From Candidatus Beckwithbacteria bacterium GW2011_GWC1_49_16 (GTDB lineage: Bacteria; Patescibacteriota; Microgenomatia; UBA1400; CG1-02-47-37): DNA of 64,000 nucleotides. Both the position numbers and the translations under genes were made by a program. How positions within the stretch are numbered: position 1 is the stretch's first letter; the number at the start of each line of letters is the position of its first letter. Location of the stretch: the NCBI GenBank assembly GCA_001029675.1, contig CP011210.1, positions 581,663-645,662 of the forward strand, given 5' to 3'. Of this stretch, positions 58,044-64,000 are shown in pieces. Under the pieces are notes generated by a model, which saw only the letters and a list, made by a program, of their open reading frames with translations, did no database searches and had not been told where the DNA came from.

Positions 58044-58912
58044 AAGGGTCTATCTTGGGTTTTGTGGTGCTGGAGGCAGGAACAACCCTGCTGATGAAAC
58101 AACTCTTGAATTTGGCCATTCACCCTTACTTTGTGGTCTTGGTCAGCGGCCTGGCAGCTTCAGCGCTAATGGCAGTAGCTTTTTGGCGTCAGCCGAGCTT
58201 TAAAAAGGAACTGTTAAATCTTAAAGTGATAAAATCTATCTGGCCGACGGCAGTGTTTATTACTCTAGGCAACTTATTTGGCTTTGCGGCGCTTAAACTA
58301 ACTAGGGCGACCAATTACATCCTTTTGGCCAGAACCAGCGTGCTTTTGAGTCCGATTTTAGCCTGGCTGATATTAAGAGAAAAAGTTAATCATAAAATCT
58401 GGCCCTTGGTGGCAAGCGTGCTTTTGGGCATCTGGCTTTTGACCGGCGACTGGAGGCTGATATTTAACCTATCCGGTGATAGCCTAGCAGCGCTAACGGC
58501 TTTGACGATTTCTTTGGACTTTATCTGGCAAAAACGAGCCATGATTAAAGTTCCCTTAGAATTAATGGCTTTTTGGCGGCGGTTGTTATCGGCAATTTTG
58601 GTGGGAGGCATTTGGCTAGTAACTCCCCAACTGGGACAAACCAGCTTCCACTTTACTGGTTTAGGAGGCATGGCGTTGGGCTTTGCCGGAATGTCATTTT
58701 TTATGGCTCGGGCACTAAAAGTCCAAGCGGTGGCTGAATTTAACTTACTGATAAACTTGTCACCAGTCTTGGTAGGACTATCCGCCTACTTTTTGTTTGG
58801 GGAAAGGTTGAGCGGCGGGCAATTGGTAGGAGCGGCGTTTATTATTGGCTCTTTAGTAACCTTTAACTTGATAAAGAAACAAGAAAGCCTTAAGCTCAAG
58901 GCAAAGAGATGA
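58040..58912 (+). CDS. DMT/EamA 10-TM transporter
   Basis: Two EamA repeats ending in LREK and FGER. Confidence 0.8.
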   Translation: MKGSILGFVVLEAGTTLLMKQLLNLAIHPYFVVLVSGLAASALMAVAFWRQPSFKKELLNLKVIKSIWPTAVFITLGNLFGFAALKLTRATNYILLARTSVLLSPILAWLILREKVNHKIWPLVASVLLGIWLLTGDWRLIFNLSGDSLAALTALTISLDFIWQKRAMIKVPLELMAFWRRLLSAILVGGIWLVTPQLGQTSFHFTGLGGMALGFAGMSFFMARALKVQAVAEFNLLINLSPVLVGLSAYFLFGERLSGGQLVGAAFIIGSLVTFNLIKKQESLKLKAKR

Positions 58913-59595
58913 TTTTAGGCGTAGTCCCCGCCCGGAGCGGCTCCAAATCGATCAAAGACAAAAACATTAAGCCTTTGGCTGGCAAGCCGCTGATGGCCTG
59001 GTCGATTATGGCCGGCCTGGCTTGTAAAAAAATTGATAAAGTGGTGGTGTCAACCGACAGCGGAGACTACGCCGATGTGGCTAAAAAGCACGGGGCTGAA
59101 GTCTTGATGCGGCCAAGTGAACTGGCCCAAGACGCCACGCCGATGATTCCTGTTTTACAGCACGCGTTTAAGGCTTACGCGCCGGCCGAAACGCTGGTGT
59201 TGCTTGATCCCACCTCCCCTTTACGCCTGGTTGACGATATTGAAGCTTGCTTAACCAAACTGAAGCTGCCGGAAACCGACTCGGTAGTGACGGTAACCGA
59301 GGCCGAACACAATCCTTATTATGTTATGGCCGGAGTTGAGAATGATTATTTAAAATACCCGCTGTTTAAACCTGGTAAAGAAATTCACCGCCGTCAAGAC
59401 GCCCCTAAGGTTTACCGGCTTAACGCGGCGGTTTACGCCATTAAACGAAAAGTTTTGTTAAATGGTAAAATCTTTACAGATAAAACTCGGGCGGTGATCA
59501 TGCCGCAAATCCGCTCGTCTCATATAGACCACGAGGTTGACTACCTCTATGCCGAGTTCCTGTTAAAGTCTGGACATGTCAAACTCGATTTTTAA
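58909..59595 (+). CDS. neuA: CMP-nonulosonate synthetase (acylneuraminate cytidylyltransferase)
   Basis: PARSGSK...KN, VSTD, RPSELAQD and PTSPLR motifs. Confidence 0.92.
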   Translation: MILGVVPARSGSKSIKDKNIKPLAGKPLMAWSIMAGLACKKIDKVVVSTDSGDYADVAKKHGAEVLMRPSELAQDATPMIPVLQHAFKAYAPAETLVLLDPTSPLRLVDDIEACLTKLKLPETDSVVTVTEAEHNPYYVMAGVENDYLKYPLFKPGKEIHRRQDAPKVYRLNAAVYAIKRKVLLNGKIFTDKTRAVIMPQIRSSHIDHEVDYLYAEFLLKSGHVKLDF

Positions 59596-60289
59596 TTTAA
59601 AAGATAAAGTGGTACTGATTACCGGAGCCGCCGGAATTCAAGGACCGGAGCACGTCAAGGCGTTTGAAAGCGTGGGTGCCGAGGTGGTGGCGACCGATAT
59701 CAAAGGCACGGAAATTATTCTGGACGTGACCAGTCCCGATTCGATCAACCAAGCGGTTAAAAAAATCATTGATCAACACGGCTATATCGACGTTTTAGTC
59801 AACAACGCCGGGGCGACCGGAAAATATGCCACTGATTGGGAGCAAATCATTAAAGTTAATTTAACCGGCACCTATAACTGCTGTCACATTATCGGCGCTG
59901 CCATGAACCAAGGCTCGATCATTAACGTTAGCTCAATTTACGGTTTGGTGGGGCCAGACTGGTCTGTTTACGACCAAGCCGAGTATGCCGGAAAACCCAT
60001 GGGCGCGCCTGCCGGTTACGCTGCTTCAAAGGGTGGGGTAATTAGTTTGACTCGCTATTTTGCTTCGCTTTATGCCCCGAAGGTCCGGGTCAACTGCGTC
60101 ACCCCCGGCGGCATTTTTGACAATCAATCTGAAACTTTTGTCAAAAAATATTCGGCCAAAACCATGCTGGGAAGAATGGCCAAAAAAAACGAGGTTTCCG
60201 GGACTCTTCTCTATTTGGCTTCCGATTTGTCCAGCTATGTTACCGGAGAAAACATTGTGGTTGACGGTGGTTTGACGGCCAGGGCATGA
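59576..60289 (+). CDS. Short-chain dehydrogenase (PtmA-like)
   Basis: TGAAG, NNAG, SSIYG, YAASKGG and PGGIFDNQ motifs. Confidence 0.88.
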   Translation: MSNSIFNLKDKVVLITGAAGIQGPEHVKAFESVGAEVVATDIKGTEIILDVTSPDSINQAVKKIIDQHGYIDVLVNNAGATGKYATDWEQIIKVNLTGTYNCCHIIGAAMNQGSIINVSSIYGLVGPDWSVYDQAEYAGKPMGAPAGYAASKGGVISLTRYFASLYAPKVRVNCVTPGGIFDNQSETFVKKYSAKTMLGRMAKKNEVSGTLLYLASDLSSYVTGENIVVDGGLTARA

Positions 60290-61851
60290 GAAAAGCAACT
60301 TGGTTGATCGCTTTGTCAGCATTAATCTGGGTGGTGGTGGGAATCTACGGAGTTATTTTTAACATCAGCTATATCGACGAGGCTAAATACTTAATTAAGG
60401 GCTGGCTGATGACCACGGGCCAAGTAAGTTACTATAAAACTCCCGAGTTTTTCTACCAACACATGCCCGGGGTTTTTTTGTGGTATGGCCTGGGACAAAA
60501 AATTTTTGGACCGAGTCTTTTGGTAGGCAGGCTTCAGTCTTTTCTAGTAGGATTGATTGTTTACTATTCTAGTTTTGTTCTGGGTAAACGATTAGCCGGC
60601 TACAAGGGCGGAGTGGTAACATTGCTACTTTTGAGTTTGTCTTCGGTGGCGGCCCTTGACTATTCGGCGGCGGTACCGCAGTCGTTGGTGGTTTTGACTT
60701 TGATTATAGGTTTTGTTTGTCTTTACGATGGCTTGGTAAAGGGGAACGAGCCAAGATTTTTTTGGGCCAGTTTCTGGTTTAGCCTTGCCTTTATCGTCAG
60801 AGAGAACTTTTTGTTTACTTTGATCCTCTATGCTGGCTTGCTGGTTTTTGTTTTTAGAGATAAATTTAAACTTTTTTTAAAACATTTGACGGTGATATTG
60901 ATGACTTTGGGAGTATTTATTATTCCCGGCTATCCCGGAACGGTGGCAGTATTAAAAAATTTTCCGGGAGTGAGTCGATTTTTACCGGTCAGCCAAGCCG
61001 AAAAGCAGGTTTTAGCTCTTTATTGGAAAGAGGGCTTACAAACTCCCGGGCTTCACTTCAGGGCAGTAAGAGAGTTTGGGGTAATTTTCCATGCCTGGGC
61101 AGTGATCTGGTTTTTGATCATTTTTGATTGGTTGAGAAAACCTAAAAAAACACCTGCCAGATTTACCCCAAGGCAGTTGTTTTGGTGGTTTTTAGTGGGA
61201 GCAACGGTTTTTAATTTTATTATCCATAGTTGGGCGGCGTTTAAGTTGTCTCCCAGAGCCATTATCAGTTACTTTTCTTATGTTTCTCCCTTGGTGGCAG
61301 TAATTATGGCGGGAATAATCACTCCCAAGCTTAAAAATTTAAAATTTGAACGCTTGGCTCTAGGCGTTTATCTCGGACTACTTGCCTTGGTGCCAGTAGG
61401 ACCACGCTTTGCCCGAATCTTTGCCATTCCGACCAGAAATCCGGATTTGGTAAAAATTGTCAATTCTGCTTCAAAACTTGAACCGCTGATTGAAGGCAAA
61501 GAAAACATCGTCTGGATCGACGAGCCGATTAGCTTGTATCTGGCTGAAAGAGTGTCTTATTATCCGCTGATACACCATACCGGCTTTTACAAATCATCAA
61601 ACGACACGGAAATTGTCAGGAATTTGGGGTTTTGGAATCAGACGATGCTCAATGGCTGGCTCAAAGAAGCTGATCTGGTGGTAGTGGGAGCTAATAAACT
61701 CAAATTATTAAAGGAGGTTCCTGAAGGCAGAAGTCTGGCCAGTTTTATAGAAGCAAAGCTCAATGAAGATTTTGAGTTGATAGAGGAAAGGGTCGATATT
61801 TGGCCTGGCAAGATGGTATTTTATGAACCAAAAACCTTAGAGCTTGAGTAA
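60286..61851 (+). CDS. GT-C fold membrane glycosyltransferase
   Basis: YIDEAKY after TM1, HMPG and FGPSLLVGR motifs; multi-TM. Confidence 0.75.
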   Translation: MRKATWLIALSALIWVVVGIYGVIFNISYIDEAKYLIKGWLMTTGQVSYYKTPEFFYQHMPGVFLWYGLGQKIFGPSLLVGRLQSFLVGLIVYYSSFVLGKRLAGYKGGVVTLLLLSLSSVAALDYSAAVPQSLVVLTLIIGFVCLYDGLVKGNEPRFFWASFWFSLAFIVRENFLFTLILYAGLLVFVFRDKFKLFLKHLTVILMTLGVFIIPGYPGTVAVLKNFPGVSRFLPVSQAEKQVLALYWKEGLQTPGLHFRAVREFGVIFHAWAVIWFLIIFDWLRKPKKTPARFTPRQLFWWFLVGATVFNFIIHSWAAFKLSPRAIISYFSYVSPLVAVIMAGIITPKLKNLKFERLALGVYLGLLALVPVGPRFARIFAIPTRNPDLVKIVNSASKLEPLIEGKENIVWIDEPISLYLAERVSYYPLIHHTGFYKSSNDTEIVRNLGFWNQTMLNGWLKEADLVVVGANKLKLLKEVPEGRSLASFIEAKLNEDFELIEERVDIWPGKMVFYEPKTLELE

Positions 61852-63651
61852 CTTGAGAATCTGGTCTGCGGCAGATCTGCCGGCCACGGGCTTAATATAA
61901 TCAGCCGAAATTCTTTTGGCCTTCTGGAGTTGTTTTTTGGTCTGAGACTGATGTTTGTCTAACAGAATTGATAACCACTTCTTAAGCTGACTCATCTGAT
62001 GCACTTCTATTGCGCCGCCGTCTTTAATTATCGGTAGGAAAAAACCGTAATTTTTTTTAAACGGGTTAATGGAAATCACCGGCCGGTTCATCATAATCGC
62101 TTCAAAGATAGTCATCGACCAGGTTTGGAGGACTACGGAGCAGACGTTGAGCAGATCGATGAGTTCCAGTTGATTATTGTCGGAAACGACGGCGTTGGTT
62201 ATCCTCCATTGTTTAAGCTCTTCTAAAACCCGGTAGCGTTTTTCACTGGGATGGGGCTTGATCACCAACGTCATATTTTTAACCTGAGCTACCGCCGATG
62301 ATGCCAGTTTAAAAAAGGCTTCTTTTTCGGGTTTGGGAATCATATGGCTGGGATTGAAAGAAATAAGCAGGGCGATTTTTTGATCATGGTCTAAACCCAA
62401 AGTTTTAAAAACTTTTTTGGCATCAAGCCGTGAAACAGACTGGCTATAGTTTTCGGTTCGGGGATCGCCAACGACTTTAATTCTTTTTGGGGGCAAACCC
62501 AAATTAACCAACTGACGTTTGATAAACTGGCCGACAACGGTGACCGTTTCGGCGGTATCGTAGGCGTTGATCTGGTCCAAAGCCAATAAAGTATTGGGTG
62601 AGGCTAAAAGCGACCTGGTTCTAGTTGACCGGGCGGCTGAAGCCAAGGCTAGCTCGCAAAACCTAACGTCTGACACCACCACTAGGGCTTTAGGCCTGAC
62701 CGAAACAAACAAGTTTTCGGCAGCGGCCAGATAAAACCGGCTTAAAGTTTGGCCTAAATCAATCATCGGGGAGGCGGCAGCCAACCCCAGATTATATAAA
62801 AAATCGCTCAAGCCGGTGACGGTTTTAAGTCTTTTTGGCAAACTGGTTTTGGGGGGCTTAAAGCCTTTGGGTAAAAAGCTGGCTAAGAAAAAATGATTGG
62901 CCGAGGCCAGCTTAAAGTTTTTCAGAATCGGCTCAAGTCTGGCGGTGTCGTCAACCAGCCAGGGATGGCGATTTTTTTTATCAAGGGCTCGGTAGAGGGG
63001 CGCCAAAGTTTTCAGGTGACGGTAATAGTCAAGGCTAAGCAAAGTGCTAAAGCGAAGCTTTTTGAGGGGCGGAGGGGTAACTCGAGATTGAGATAAAAAT
63101 TGGCGGATTTTTTTACTGTACTGGCGCTTGAGAAAGAATTTTTTAAGCCAGTGGTTGAGCCAAACGAAAGTTAAAAAGTGGCATCTAATAGTTTTGACGC
63201 CTCGGGTTTTTCCCAGAAACCGGGCGGTTTGTTCATGGTAGCTGGAACTCAAGGTGACGATGAAATCTGGTTTAGTTTGAGTTAAAACATCCTGATAGAG
63301 TTGGGCATAAACAAAATACTCATAAGTCAAATAGATGGCCAAACGGCTTTTGAATAAATTGGTTGGCATGCCTTGCAAGAGGCGCTCGGTTACTTTTAGG
63401 TGAAGATTGCGGTTGGCAGCGTAATCAAGCTGAGCCAATTTGTCGCCATAATAAAAGACACTGTCACCCCCCAGCTTAAAAGCGTCAGAGGCGACAATGG
63501 TTAGCTTGAAAAATGGTTTGAGAATGGCGACGGCAAGTTTAAGACGGTTTTTAAGCCAACCGACATAAAAAAACCTAAATAACCTCCCCAAAATCCCGGA
63601 CAAGGTCTGGATTTTGATGATGTCTTCGGTAATAATTAAGACGTGCTTCAT
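61837..63651 (-). CDS. GT-B-like protein, candidate nonulosonate transferase
   Basis: C-terminal VVGDPR, IKPHPSE and SMTIFEAIMMNRPVI motifs, resembling capsule/sialyltransferase-like GT-B proteins. Adjacent to the neu cluster. Confidence 0.5.
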   Translation of the reverse strand: MKHVLIITEDIIKIQTLSGILGRLFRFFYVGWLKNRLKLAVAILKPFFKLTIVASDAFKLGGDSVFYYGDKLAQLDYAANRNLHLKVTERLLQGMPTNLFKSRLAIYLTYEYFVYAQLYQDVLTQTKPDFIVTLSSSYHEQTARFLGKTRGVKTIRCHFLTFVWLNHWLKKFFLKRQYSKKIRQFLSQSRVTPPPLKKLRFSTLLSLDYYRHLKTLAPLYRALDKKNRHPWLVDDTARLEPILKNFKLASANHFFLASFLPKGFKPPKTSLPKRLKTVTGLSDFLYNLGLAAASPMIDLGQTLSRFYLAAAENLFVSVRPKALVVVSDVRFCELALASAARSTRTRSLLASPNTLLALDQINAYDTAETVTVVGQFIKRQLVNLGLPPKRIKVVGDPRTENYSQSVSRLDAKKVFKTLGLDHDQKIALLISFNPSHMIPKPEKEAFFKLASSAVAQVKNMTLVIKPHPSEKRYRVLEELKQWRITNAVVSDNNQLELIDLLNVCSVVLQTWSMTIFEAIMMNRPVISINPFKKNYGFFLPIIKDGGAIEVHQMSQLKKWLSILLDKHQSQTKKQLQKAKRISADYIKPVAGRSAADQILKLLKL

Positions 63652-63671
63652 AGCCTGATTATAGCTTACTT

Positions 63672-64000
63672 ATGAAAACAGTCAGAATTATTCCCAAGCT
63701 GGAAGTTAAAAACGAAAATTTAATTAAAGGGGTTCATTTGGACGGCTTAAGGATCGTGGGTAAGCCCGAAGAGGCTGCTTTAAAGTACGCTGAAACCGGA
63801 GCCGACGAGCTGGTTTACATCGACTTGGTGGCGAGTCTTTACCAACGAGACAATTGGATCAAAATAGTTAAAAGAACGGCTGAAAAAATTTATATCCCCT
63901 TGACTGTAGGCGGAGGGATTAGATCAGTTGACGACGCCAAGCTTTTTTTGCGGGCGGGAGCCGACAAAGTAGCCATCAATACCGGCATTGTCAAAAGGCC
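63672..64000 (+). CDS. HisF-like cyclase subunit (glycan-modification type, WbuZ-like), runs off the window end
   Basis: Manual translation: MKTVRIIPKLEVKNENLIKGVHLDGLRIVGKP...GADELVYIDLVASLY...IPLTVGGGIRSVDDA...GADKVAINT. Confidence 0.85.
   Translation, partial: MKTVRIIPKLEVKNENLIKGVHLDGLRIVGKPEEAALKYAETGADELVYIDLVASLYQRDNWIKIVKRTAEKIYIPLTVGGGIRSVDDAKLFLRAGADKVAINTGIVKR

Noticed and set aside
17-63096. Many short ORFs in the track that are antisense to or nested in longer genes (e.g. 2157..2495, 33080..33661, 48305..48718, 53457..53960)
   Set aside because: They lie opposite or inside well-supported genes, show no motifs, and read as shadow frames.
63672-64000. Housekeeping histidine-biosynthesis hisF
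   Set aside because: The IKGVHLDGLR and DLVASLY motifs and the nonulosonate context fit the glycan-modification paralog better; the gene is also incomplete here.
1-64000. Alternative genetic code (TGA recoding)
   Set aside because: Full-length genes are intact in code 11, and TGA serves as a stop in many ATGA overlaps.

Overview
A gene-dense (about 55 CDS) cell-surface glycosylation region in standard genetic code. The compact overlaps, tiny divergent intergenics and abundance of GT-C enzymes suggest a Patescibacteria/CPR (Microgenomates-like) genome; this is inference, as no marker gene is present. Contents: about 11 membrane GT-C-fold transferases, 4 polyprenol-phosphate GT2s, many GT4/GT2s, Wzx and Wzm/Wzt exporters, UDP-xylose and UDP-uronate enzymes, a His-type (ColD/E1-like) PLP dehydratase with an Fcl-like reductase, AsnB-type amidation, and a legionaminic-acid-like neuABC cluster that runs into a HisF-like gene at the window edge. 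Most notable: (1) a CotH kinase–VTC polyphosphate-polymerase domain–DUF4956 operon plus two further membrane-anchored CotH proteins inside the glycan locus, a candidate extracytoplasmic (glycan) phosphorylation system; (2) a 1.2-kb AT-rich nucleotidyltransferase cassette integrated into a GT-C 3' end with a 47-bp duplication; (3) heptamer arrays at both ends of one aminotransferase gene; (4) 13-bp CAC-N7-GTG palindromes inside coding sequence; (5) overlapping bidirectional -10 boxes that imply leaderless transcription. No rRNA, tRNA, CRISPR array or transposase was recognised.
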